Virus record (IMG/VR): IMGVR_UViG_3300036774_000066 | Span: 1-64,000 of that record | DNA: 64,000 bases | Reading direction: 5' to 3' (one strand) | DNA from: a virus | In this document: positions 39,960 to 49,871 of the stretch, in pieces | Position numbering within the stretch: the stretch's first letter is position 1 | Layout of the letters: each line of letters begins with the position of its first letter | Position numbers and translations under genes: made by a program | The notes under the pieces: generated by a model | What the model saw: the letters and a program-made list of their open reading frames with translations, nothing else | Told to the model about the DNA's origin: nothing | Database searches by the model: none

Positions 39960-41362
39960 TTCTCTCAGGTCTTACAAACCCCTCCAAAAAATTCCCTCTT
40001 CCACCTCTCCCTAACTGGTTCTTTACTTCTTTTTCCCCAACTTTTTTCTTCCCCCCGCCTTCACCTTCTGACTTCTCCGAATCCCCAACGCAACGGCTTC
40101 ATCCACTCTACTCTATACGCCCAAACCCCTCTTTTTCAATAGATGCATCATACAAACCCTCATTTCACATTCACACTCCTCGTAACCCTGCACCGCGTTG
40201 TACACGTACTCCCCGTTATGGCGCACATCCTCCCCTTCAAGTCCTCATGTGCCGCGCACGGCTCCATGTTCCTAATCCCCTCTTCCAACTCCTCTAATCG
40301 CACTCCCATAACTTCTCGCACCTGCCCCATTAACTCACGTCCAATCTTCACACACCTCTCCGAATCAAAATTCCCCGCACTATCAAGGCTATCCCAACAC
40401 ATAGACACAGCACCCAAAGCCATAAAAATCTCCGACTCCAAAACCCTCATCTCATTATCCATATCCATCATATCAAACCTCCTCAATCTGAAAGATGAAA
40501 GATAAAAGATTAGCCTCCAAACCACCCCACTCACTATACGCTCAATACCTCAAAATTCAACATCAATTCTCCACCCGGCAAATTTTGCCTACTACCTTTC
40601 AAAATTTATCACAAATTTTTTCTCCCCCAAACCCAAAAACCAATCAGGGTACTCACCCTCCCAAATTTTTATAGCCTCCTTCTTCCGCTTCCTTTCCCTC
40701 CAATCCCCACGACACCCCTTGAACAACGAAGACCTCGGCGATACCCTCTCCTCTAACTCATCCAGCAATTCCCCCAATAACCCCTCCTGTAAAAGCTCCT
40801 CCACCCTCTTCCTCTCAAACCCACTCGGCTCATTTAACACCTTAAAATCACTTAGATTCACGCAAGCCCGAATTTGGACCATATTCGCCAGCCCTTTTCC
40901 AGTCGCCCCTCCGAATGGCCCCCAAGGGGTAGTCGTCTCTGTAAATTTCTCCTCTAAGTCAACCGTGTAGGATATTCTATGGTATGTCAATCAATAGACA
41001 GGCGAGGGGATCATCTCAATAGATATAACACACTTTACACCGGGGAGTAATTCAATCCATCCCTCCCGTACCAAGTTCTGAATAGAGGAACTTTCCTGTT
41101 CTGCAACTCTCCAACAGTCATTAAAGTCTATATAGATTATCCTATACCTTCGCATCTGTCACCTCCTATGGGGAATAATATCAATATGACCTCTCTCGCA
41201 TTCGGGGATTTTATGCTCCTTAATATCTAACAGGAAAATCTCACTTGCTGATTTCCCTTTGCCAATGAACCAATTCTCCGCTGCCTCTTTCAGACAATCA
41301 GGGCACCATACATCATCAACGCCTACCCCTTGCCACTTGTGTTTACGACAGTAGACCATCCT

Positions 41363-41977
41363 TTACTTCTTCCCCTTTCCCTTGACATATCCAAACATAT
41401 ACCCCGACATAAGATCAGCACTATGCACCAGGGTTGACAACTTGCTCATTCCCCCTCCATCAGAGGAGTACGAATATACACTTGACAAATTAGTAGAAAA
41501 ACCACCATGATGATGACTTACCGCCTCTATTTGCTGGTCTGTCAAGATCAATCCGTGCTTCGCGCAAAGCTGCGTGACCTTCGCACTTTCATCAGGATAA
41601 AAAATATCGTCTGCCACTTCCCATATCTGTCCACCATACTTCTCCTGTCTGCGATAATCACCAGCAGGCATATCTTTGTATCTGTAAAGTTTGTCCAAGT
41701 CATGCACATAGCAGACTATAATAACATCGTCTTGTGTAAAGTCAATGGCAGTAGGAGTTACAGGAACTATCATCTTGTATAGACCTATTCCTAACATCAC
41801 CACTTCCTTGACGTGATCGGCATATCCCCCTACCCACGCATGATGTCGCCTTCGGGATGCAGGCCAATATTCTATCCTACTCTGTAAAGACAAGTGCATC
41901 GCCGCCAACTTCTCCCGGTCTGCCTCGCCCTGGATCATCATAAGCATCTGGGAAATCTGCTCATAACTGGTAGTCAT
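41363..41977 (-). CDS. HD-domain phosphohydrolase (YhaM-like)
   Basis: HHAWVGGYADH, VHDLDK, HHGG, VHSAD. Confidence 0.85.
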   Translation of the reverse strand: MTTSYEQISQMLMMIQGEADREKLAAMHLSLQSRIEYWPASRRRHHAWVGGYADHVKEVVMLGIGLYKMIVPVTPTAIDFTQDDVIIVCYVHDLDKLYRYKDMPAGDYRRQEKYGGQIWEVADDIFYPDESAKVTQLCAKHGLILTDQQIEAVSHHHGGFSTNLSSVYSYSSDGGGMSKLSTLVHSADLMSGYMFGYVKGKGKK

Positions 41978-42561
41978 TTAACGCCTCCCGTTTCAGCCCA
42001 AGTTTAAGCCCCTGACCTCTGTTCCCCCGATCCCCTGACTGTACGCCACGCAACCCTCAATTCCTCAGTCCTACTCAATCCTACCCGTCCCACTTGCCCC
42101 TGAATCCCCGCTCCACCCCGGCTCCGACTTCTGAGTCCTCCCATTAAAGCACCCTTTCTAACAGGCTTTCCCCGTCTTCTCCTGGGCTTCCCCTGGGGAA
42201 GAATCCCTGGAGCACCTGGGTTCCAAACCGATTCCTCACAGTGCATTATTAGACTTTCCGGCCCGTGGAAGAAGTAGCCTGCCATCACGTCTTATCCTTG
42301 AGAGTCTGACTCTTGCAACAGCGTCTCACTCCTACCTACAAGACCTTCTTCTTGCGCTCACTCGAAACTGTGGCCCACCCGTACTGTCTGCCGTCCTCAA
42401 AACCCTCACTTCCCGCACGCACTCGTACTGAATACCCTTATTTCCTAAAGTCTCTGGGTCAAGACGGTTTACAACAACGATAGTAGAACAACCTACAATA
42501 AACGTACCTGTAAACAACGCAAGAAACACACCCCTTAGACGTATCATCATGGCTCACCCTC

Positions 42562-42672
42562 CATGACTTTTACCCATACAGGGACGGAAACCTTCACCCC
42601 AAAACCAATGCACCTATCAGCCTATCCAGCAGTGGTACACATTCATCACTTTTGCCCCGGAGGGACGGAAAC
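42562..42672 (+). CRISPR. two degenerate type III-like CRISPR repeats (mini-array or solitary repeat units)
   Basis: catgacttttacccatacagggacggaaac (42562-42591) and catcacttttgccccggagggacggaaac (42644-42672); CCC..GGG stem plus ACGGAAAC end; 81-nt period. Confidence 0.45.
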
Positions 42673-42779
42673 TTTTCCTTTGCATCAGAGATTAACTAAT
42701 CGGAATTTAATGGGTGCCCACTCAACCGACTGAAAAATCTCATATTTACAACAAGATAATCCCGTTTGTAGACCACCCA

Positions 42780-43427
42780 TTATAGCCTTCCTTGCCCTTC
42801 CTCGAAGTCATCAATCGAAACGCCTCTATTACCCTTAGAATCACTTTCACTTGTGCCTGTTCTTGCTTTCTTGACTTGTCCCAACAACTCTTTCACCGCC
42901 TTTAATCCTTCGGCATCCAAACTTCGCACCAGGTTTACCAACTCATCTCGCTCTGGGTCAATGATTATGTCCTTTGACTCAATAGAAAATCTCCGTGCAA
43001 ACTCCAAGAAATCCTGTACCGTGTTTTTTAATCTATTATGTGTGGTCATCAATTGCGCATCAGACAATCCAGCGAAACTTTTATTGACAAATAATCTTTC
43101 CTCTATGTCCTGTAACTGAGTCATCATCGAATTGAGACTTCCAAATCGCTGTATTATCATGTACGCAATATAGTAGCCCATCTTATTGCTTATGTCAGCC
43201 ATCATCTTTGCCAGCCTCGCGGGTGGAACCGTCATGTCACCCTTCATCCACGCAAAAATATCCGCTGGTATAGCATTTCCATCAGGCTTTTTCTCATCTT
43301 TTGGCGGCTCCTCCCTCGGCAAAGGCATCTTCCCCTTCGTCGCATCCCCTACCAAGTTAGTAATCCCCTTAGACGCTTCTAAAAATCGTGGCCCCGGTAT
43401 CTTCTTCTTGATAGGCGGCAATGGCAT
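42780..43427 (-). CDS. hypothetical helical protein
   Basis: 215-aa ORF with GAGG RBS. Confidence 0.6.
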   Translation of the reverse strand: MPLPPIKKKIPGPRFLEASKGITNLVGDATKGKMPLPREEPPKDEKKPDGNAIPADIFAWMKGDMTVPPARLAKMMADISNKMGYYIAYMIIQRFGSLNSMMTQLQDIEERLFVNKSFAGLSDAQLMTTHNRLKNTVQDFLEFARRFSIESKDIIIDPERDELVNLVRSLDAEGLKAVKELLGQVKKARTGTSESDSKGNRGVSIDDFEEGQGRL

Positions 43428-43504
43428 ATTCTACCTCAGATAAGTTTACATGAAAGAATTTCGGGCAGGGTATTCAACACACTGAAATAACTTACTTTAC
43501 AAAG

Positions 43505-44137
43505 CTATACTACTCCTACCAGACCATCCGATTCAGGTTGCTCCTCTTTTACATCAGGGAAATCTTCGGTTTCCTTGTTGTTTGCCTGAAATAACTCCCT
43601 AAATTGCTTCATGCAAGTGTCAACCTTGTCGCTTATCTTCTTCAAATCCTCCACCGACTTATGAAATTTCTTAGACGCACCTAAATACGTCCGCTCTGTA
43701 AAGTCTCCCTCCTTCAAATACAAGTACACCATAGAAAATTTCTTCAGCTTCAGCAAGTATCTTATGTCCGGCACCTTCACCGCTGCCCCATTAAACATTG
43801 ACAGGAATAGAATTGTCTCCCTGCCAAACAAGCTGTACAGCCTAACATAAAAATCATTCTTAGAAAATCCTGCCAGCACCGAAACCAGTACAACTAATCC
43901 ATTGTTTGTCAAGTCAGTAGAAAAATTAAACAGCAGCTTGTTCTTTACAGATACAGAATCCTCCCTCACTATGTCCTCATTCGGGTCTTCCTCCATCCCT
44001 ACATCAGAATCCTTCACCTCTGCAAGCAACTGTTCTAATAAGTGCTGACTTGATGGAGAACCAATCGAATCCCGTCTTTCTCTGGTGTCGCTCATGTTGA
44101 TTATTCCCCTTAGATTCTTTTGGAAAAAACGCCTCAA
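43505..44137 (-). CDS. Mor-family transcription activator-like protein
   Basis: LFGRETILFLSMFNGAAVKVP followed by an HTH-like ASKKFHKSVEDLKKI. Confidence 0.5.
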   Translation of the reverse strand: MRRFFQKNLRGIINMSDTRERRDSIGSPSSQHLLEQLLAEVKDSDVGMEEDPNEDIVREDSVSVKNKLLFNFSTDLTNNGLVVLVSVLAGFSKNDFYVRLYSLFGRETILFLSMFNGAAVKVPDIRYLLKLKKFSMVYLYLKEGDFTERTYLGASKKFHKSVEDLKKISDKVDTCMKQFRELFQANNKETEDFPDVKEEQPESDGLVGVV

Positions 44138-44618
44138 CTTTACAAGTGCATATCCCTAACTCACCCAACCTCTCCGATACTTCTCCATAACAAATAGACA
44201 AATCTTCCATGATGTCAATGTCCTCTCCCTCATCATTCTCCCGCCTCACAAAATCAAAATCCTCCGGGTCCGTCAACCTCTCTCGCCTCAACTTCCTCAG
44301 ATAATTCCCTATCTCATTTCTCGCCGTAGAGTAAACTATCACAACCAAATCACACTTGGGGTTTATCCACCTCTCCTTCAACTTTGCGAAGGCTTTACAA
44401 TAGCCAAGTGAAAATAACTCCGATACATCAAGGTTAGGATGTCTCGGAAGAAAATGTCTCTTGATAACCACATTCACCACGTCCGAAATCGTCGCCTCAA
44501 GTAAATGCTTATCGAATTTCTCTCCCCTGACAAAGGAAGACAGATTAGTAGCAGAGATTCTTTTGGTCCAATGGGATTTTTTGCATTGACAAAATGAACC
44601 GACCATACCTATATCCAT
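44004..44618 (-). CDS. sigma70 region-2-like factor
   Basis: DVSELFSLGYCKAF...YSTARNEIGNYLRK. Confidence 0.55.
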   Translation of the reverse strand: MDIGMVGSFCQCKKSHWTKRISATNLSSFVRGEKFDKHLLEATISDVVNVVIKRHFLPRHPNLDVSELFSLGYCKAFAKLKERWINPKCDLVVIVYSTARNEIGNYLRKLRRERLTDPEDFDFVRRENDEGEDIDIMEDLSICYGEVSERLGELGICTCKVEAFFPKESKGNNQHERHQRKTGFDWFSIKSALIRTVACRGEGF

Positions 44619-45791
44619 AGATATTTACTCCTAACTCAGATGTGTCAACAAAAATTAAACCAGCAAAGTGTAGGGAATCGAGCAGATGCCTCCGCTCAGT
44701 TCCCGCTTAAAGCATCCTGTAAAGACAGGACTCGGTGAGGCAAAGCAACAGCAGGATTAACAAATCGTAGCCACTGATTTTTACATCAGACTTAATCGTT
44801 TTCTAATCACGTCAACCGTCATAGTTACACCAGAGAATGATCCACTTTTCAATTATTCGCAAAAGTTAAGCTGGAAGTAGGGTTTCAAGTGTAGGAAATG
44901 CTGCAACTCCCTTTTTTCTTTCTTTCCTGTAGAAATCTGTCTAAAAGTAAACTAAAAGCTAATAGAACCATCCATTACATCCGTCGTGTATGTAAAATAA
45001 GTAAATCAAACCAAACAGGCTATTCGATCCTCTCCAAACCGTATTAGAGCAAGCTATTGTTTCCTGATTCTTTGCTAATTTCATATTTATTCTGGCTATC
45101 ACTCCTGCCATGCTTAACAGGGTATAAATACAATTCTTAATACTTAAAGATACATTAAGAATAGACTATACTAAGGCTCTTTTTTATTTCCGAAGAGGTG
45201 TCTATTTATTATGTCTGTCAATTTTTCTTTTTTCATTTTTCTTCCAGTTTGCCTCATTCGAGCAGTGCGTTTGGGGTCGGACTGTTTCGGAATTGTTGTG
45301 ATAATTCTATGTGTAAACGAATTTGCAACAGGAGAATCTATTGTTGTGGGAATGCTATCGGGGGATTTTGCGACGGGAAGTGTAGAAAATTCATAAGACG
45401 CCCTGTATACCCTTATGCGACGCTGCTCCCAATCCGCAACCAGACGTGTTAGCGCATCTATACCCTTTGTCCATTCCTTCTTCAAATCCAATAATGGAGG
45501 TTTAATTGCCGTTTGCATAGAATTTACATGAGGATAGTAACGAGGATAATGATACACAATCAAATTCCCGTCTTGCAGGGTATGAACTATTACCTCTTTA
45601 AGAACCCTCCCCGCCTTCACCCCGCCATCCCACACACTCAATTCCACAGAATTTTCTTCCCATTCTGTGAATTTACGATAAGACAATCCAGTAGAATTTG
45701 AGTCAGAGTCATCTATCACTTGTAAAATATACATTGTTTTTTGTCCTAAATGTCAATAGATTACTTCCACCGCAACCATCAGGCTACTTTT

Positions 45792-47120
45792 TCAAATCCT
45801 GAGTTTCTGCGTGCAAAGATCTTTTTGAGCATTCTTACGCATTGACGATAGGGCTTTCATGAGCGCAGTATTAAAGTCACGCAACACCTTGGCCTTTCCA
45901 TCACTGCCGTCCTCAAACGCCTCCACCGCCTCATCCCTCAACAGGCTTATCACCGCATCAATCCCCCGGTAATACCCCTCTCGCCACTCTTCCATACTAT
46001 CTTTTTCGGGGATTTTTGTTTGCGCGTTTTTTGTAGGCTGTGCTTTGTTGCGCGTCTTAACCCAATACCTCTCCAGCGAAAGAAGCATATCTTGTAAATC
46101 AATTCGCGTATGTATAGTATTTATAGCAGGCATTACTTCGTGACTCTTAATCAACTTGACAATCTCCTTGCCCAACAGCTTAATAATAACCTCCCGCAAA
46201 TCCATCGTCACCACACTCCCATCACCAGATAAAAAGTCATCCAAGAACTTGAAACAAGTATCATACTCCCCCTCATAATCAGCTATCATCTTAGGAGTAG
46301 GAAAATCAACTACACCAGTATAAGGCACCCCAAACATCTTCCGCTCATTCTCGGACCTCTTGAACTTCTTCTCAGCTTCCACACTCTCCCTTACTTCCTT
46401 CGCCACACGCTTAGAAAAAGGAACACTGCATATCGCACACCTTGTCAAAGTACAACCCTCACACGGATTCTCCTTATCGTCAACAGCCTTCTCAGCAACC
46501 TTCCCCTCCACCTCCTCCTTCTTAATCCCCGCCATCCCACCCTCCCCTAACTTCGAGGATAACTTAGAAACATCAAGAGGCTTCTCATACTTCCCCTCTT
46601 GTATCTTCTCTTCTTGCTCCCCCGTCTCCTGTATCTGTGGCTGCTCCTTCTGCCCCTGTCCTTGCGGCTGCTCTGGCATATCCGTCTCCTGAATCTTCAT
46701 CCTCTTTTCAGAGGGATGCCAATAATCATACCCCTTACTGCACCCCTCTGGATGCTCACAATCACAAGACATACAAGCCTTAATCTGCTTATCAAGTGTT
46801 GCCTGTGGTAAACAATGAAACTTCCGGACTACCACACCATTACGCAAAATTTCCGAAGCAGGTATAGGCTTTAATGTCTTCGCGTCAAGCATTAGGTTAT
46901 TCTCCATTAAAAACTTTCCAATAGAACAATACAACTCAATCAACTGCTCCTTCGACATCCTATTAGGTCCGTCCGAAAGATACACCACCACGTCCCGACT
47001 CTTCTCTCCCTCATGTAAACCACACCAAGTAATATTCATAGATTTACCTTTCTGCAATTTACCGTTCGGACCATTGCCCCACCCATAATCGTGATACCCG
47101 TCCGGGCCATCAGTTATCAT
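45792..47120 (-). CDS. hypothetical multidomain protein
   Basis: 442-aa ORF with Cys clusters. Confidence 0.55.
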   Translation of the reverse strand: MITDGPDGYHDYGWGNGPNGKLQKGKSMNITWCGLHEGEKSRDVVVYLSDGPNRMSKEQLIELYCSIGKFLMENNLMLDAKTLKPIPASEILRNGVVVRKFHCLPQATLDKQIKACMSCDCEHPEGCSKGYDYWHPSEKRMKIQETDMPEQPQGQGQKEQPQIQETGEQEEKIQEGKYEKPLDVSKLSSKLGEGGMAGIKKEEVEGKVAEKAVDDKENPCEGCTLTRCAICSVPFSKRVAKEVRESVEAEKKFKRSENERKMFGVPYTGVVDFPTPKMIADYEGEYDTCFKFLDDFLSGDGSVVTMDLREVIIKLLGKEIVKLIKSHEVMPAINTIHTRIDLQDMLLSLERYWVKTRNKAQPTKNAQTKIPEKDSMEEWREGYYRGIDAVISLLRDEAVEAFEDGSDGKAKVLRDFNTALMKALSSMRKNAQKDLCTQKLRI

Positions 47121-47826
47121 CGCCTACTCCATTAAAACATCATACATATCTACCCAATACCTCCTACCAGTCAAACTCAATACACAAACCTTCTCATAAA
47201 ATTCGTCCTGTTCATCCACCGTACCCTTCATAACATGCCCGTTTTTCTTATATGTAATCTCAGAACCAACAGGATAAACTTCATTAAACGTCTTTACAAT
47301 GTCCCTCTGAGTCTGAGCCTTTAACGCCATCAATTCACCAATACGAGCAATCGCATACGCCCTATTGTCAATAGAAGAAGTTTCCATTTTACCACTCCTC
47401 CACAACTATGTCAAGCCCTGCTTTTCCATCAACTTCTCAACTTGACTTCCACAAATCTGACAGATATTCTTCTCCCTTGCACACTTCTGACAAGATTGCT
47501 TTAGTTGCGTTCTGTAAAAAGAATATCGACCATGCTTCTCACACATGCCATCACCCATGCAGTCATGAAATAGACGCTTCTTTATCTTTTCACACTCTTT
47601 ACAAAGGTACATAGTACATCTCACTCAATAGGGAAATCCCGGCACACTCGTATCCAACTCACTCTCCAAAATCAACTCCTTTATCACTGCACGTCGCAAT
47701 TCCGGTATCCGCTCATTTACCTTCTTGATAATCTTCTGAGAACACTCCACACAAAACCTAACCGCACAGGCTTTCTTGCATATCTCACACTTGTTTTTCA
47801 TGCTGCATTACCTGTAAAAACTTTAC

Positions 47827-47869
47827 AAAAAGAAAAAGGCACGTACCTATCTCTAAATACGTGCCCTTT
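47827..47869 (-). terminator. intrinsic terminator closing the RAMP-array-SPFH operon
   Basis: GGCACGTA...TACGTGCC stem, then TTTTTCTTTTT on the minus strand. Confidence 0.75.
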
Positions 47870-47885
47870 CCCCAAAACCACAAGA

Positions 47886-48701
47886 CTACTTTCCTATTAC
47901 CACTCCACCGGGCTGTCCATCAATAATGGTAAAGGAAACACCAGTATTCTTTGCAGCAATGTCCTTGTACGTATCATACTTCTTGAAAAGCATGTACTCA
48001 GGGTTACGCCGCAATGCCTTTCCAAGTGAGTCAATCGTGGCTACTTGCGCCAATGATGCCTGCTTCGCATTCTCCGCTGCCCAAACAGTTTCATCCTGCT
48101 TGATATTGGAGAACTTCGCATTCTGCATAAGCAACGGCACCCCGGACGCTTTGAACGATTCAATTGCCATTGCAGACCCTTTTGTGCTCGCCCCGTCCAT
48201 GTCTACAACAACAGAATTGTAATCAGGATACTTACTAAGAACAGACCGAACACCTGACCGAATATCCATCTTGGCAAACTGAGTGTAGATAGCGTCAATC
48301 GTTATCACCGACACACGATCCATACTGGTAGACTTTGGAGTCATCTGTGCAAAAACCGCATTGCGTGTGTCAAGGTCAGCAGCTACCGCGCACCTAACAT
48401 AAAAATCAACAGTACACGGTGTCTTATTGATTATCACCCGGTCATCCTCCCCGTTCCCTCCATCCTTCCCAAAATGTTCCTTGATAGCAACTGACGTAGC
48501 CTCAAGTATAACAAGTACGTTCTTTGTTCCGTTAGGATTACCTGTCCCAATGTCAACCATGCCCGCCTCACGAACTCCCTTTTCCCACCCTGTCGGAGTA
48601 AGAATCTTTCCGACATATCCAGCAGGAATTTGCCGATACTCTTCACATCCGAGAAACACAAACGCCATCAGGCAAACCAAACCAACCAATCCGTACCTCA
48701 T
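47886..48701 (-). CDS. SPFH/band-7 family lipoprotein
   Basis: Lipobox FLGC, IPAGYVG, C-terminal ALRRNPEY..K. Confidence 0.75.
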   Translation of the reverse strand: MRYGLVGLVCLMAFVFLGCEEYRQIPAGYVGKILTPTGWEKGVREAGMVDIGTGNPNGTKNVLVILEATSVAIKEHFGKDGGNGEDDRVIINKTPCTVDFYVRCAVAADLDTRNAVFAQMTPKSTSMDRVSVITIDAIYTQFAKMDIRSGVRSVLSKYPDYNSVVVDMDGASTKGSAMAIESFKASGVPLLMQNAKFSNIKQDETVWAAENAKQASLAQVATIDSLGKALRRNPEYMLFKKYDTYKDIAAKNTGVSFTIIDGQPGGVVIGK

Positions 48702-49051
48702 TTCGCCTCCCCTTTGTTAGAGTTAGTAGAATTAAGAATACGTTGCTCATACGCCTTTTGCTGATCCAATACCTGACTCCGATCAATCACACCACGCGGA
48801 GTAGCATTGACGGACAGGGAAGACAGCAGGAACAAGGCGTAACCCACCCATGCAAGCCCGGCAATTGTCCACGCTACCCTCTTGACAAGTGCCTTGACCT
48901 TCATTTCATGCAATTCGTCATTGTCACCTTCGCCAAACAAGAACAACCGCCAGGAAAACCTACACACAACGGTCACAGCAACAAACAAGACAATCAACGC
49001 TATGACTAATCGCAATAGTGATGGACCATAGATTCTTAGCAGGTCAACCAT
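48698..49051 (-). CDS. two-TM membrane protein
   Basis: Two hydrophobic helices; AAGGAGG RBS upstream. Confidence 0.65.
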   Translation of the reverse strand: MVDLLRIYGPSLLRLVIALIVLFVAVTVVCRFSWRLFLFGEGDNDELHEMKVKALVKRVAWTIAGLAWVGYALFLLSSLSVNATPRGVIDRSQVLDQQKAYEQRILNSTNSNKGEAK

Positions 49052-49071
49052 TAAGAAACCTCCTTTGAAAA

Positions 49072-49867
49072 ATGCGAAACAAAGCTACACTATACTTCAC
49101 CAAAACACCACGGCACAGGCTCCAACACCACCGCAACACCACCCAACGGTACGTTACTCTACCGTCACTCGACATAACGATTCCCAACTCAACCTCACCG
49201 CCGCAAGACAGAACCAAACTTCACCGAAACACTGCGGCACGGAACCAAACCCTACCACAACCGCGCCCTACTGAACATGACGCTACCGTCAAGGAACTTG
49301 ACCGCACAATACGTCACCACAACCAGACGTTAGCATACCGGACAAAACCCAACCCTACCATCACATCATGGCACGACACGATACCTCCACAGAACATAAC
49401 TTCACCACTACGCCACGAGACAATACTCTACCGTCACCCATCGGCACGATACTATACCAAAACGTGACTGCACCTTACCAAGACAAGACGTAACGGCACT
49501 ACACCTTACCACGACAGGACGTGATAGAACGTCACGTCACCTCACCAAGACACTATCTCACCTGACCGAACCAAGACGTTAGGATACCTCACTGCGCAAT
49601 ACTTAACCGTCCCCCAACATAACGATTCCAAACCCGACCTCACCGGAACACTACGCGACTGCACCCAACTCCACCACGACAATACCTCACCCTACCCCAC
49701 GTAACGATACCGTGACCAAACATCTCCCGACATTACAACACCAGAACATCACACTACGTCAAGGCACTCCACTTTACCACCACCAGAAAACACATAATGA
49801 AACGTAACCTCACCGAAACCGAAACCGGACCGCACTGTACCTAACCAATACAAACATTACCATTACG
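49072..49867 (-). ncRNA. pentamer-periodic array (NGT-NN)n in YGGT-delimited blocks; putative guide-RNA array of the adjacent RAMP protein (VIPR-like)
   Basis: Hand parse of 49072-49847: 150 pentamers NNACN on + (129 with AC at positions 3-4) in 26 blocks, each ending ACC plus one extra base. Confidence 0.8.
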
Positions 49868-49871
49868 TTAT

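Noticed and set aside
42004-42288. 94-aa Arg/Gly-rich ORF
   Set aside because: Low-complexity translation of a skewed region with no motif; coding status unsupported.
44645-44750. IscB omega/HEARO RNA resemblance
   Set aside because: Only short motif similarity, and no adjacent IscB/TnpB gene. Kept only as a generic structured RNA.
31770-47830. Recurrent TTTACA in intergenic gaps as a phage promoter motif
   Set aside because: Too short and AT-rich to distinguish from chance without statistics.
49072-49467. 131-aa + strand ORF (and the 69-aa ORF 49065-49274) over the array
   Set aside because: Thr/His/Pro-rich translation is a by-product of the NNACN repeat. It lies on the wrong strand for this genome, and 5-nt periodicity with +1 shifts is incompatible with codon structure.
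49072-49867. Classical CRISPR array or simple microsatellite
   Set aside because: There is no 25-40 nt conserved direct repeat, and three of five positions vary between adjacent units.
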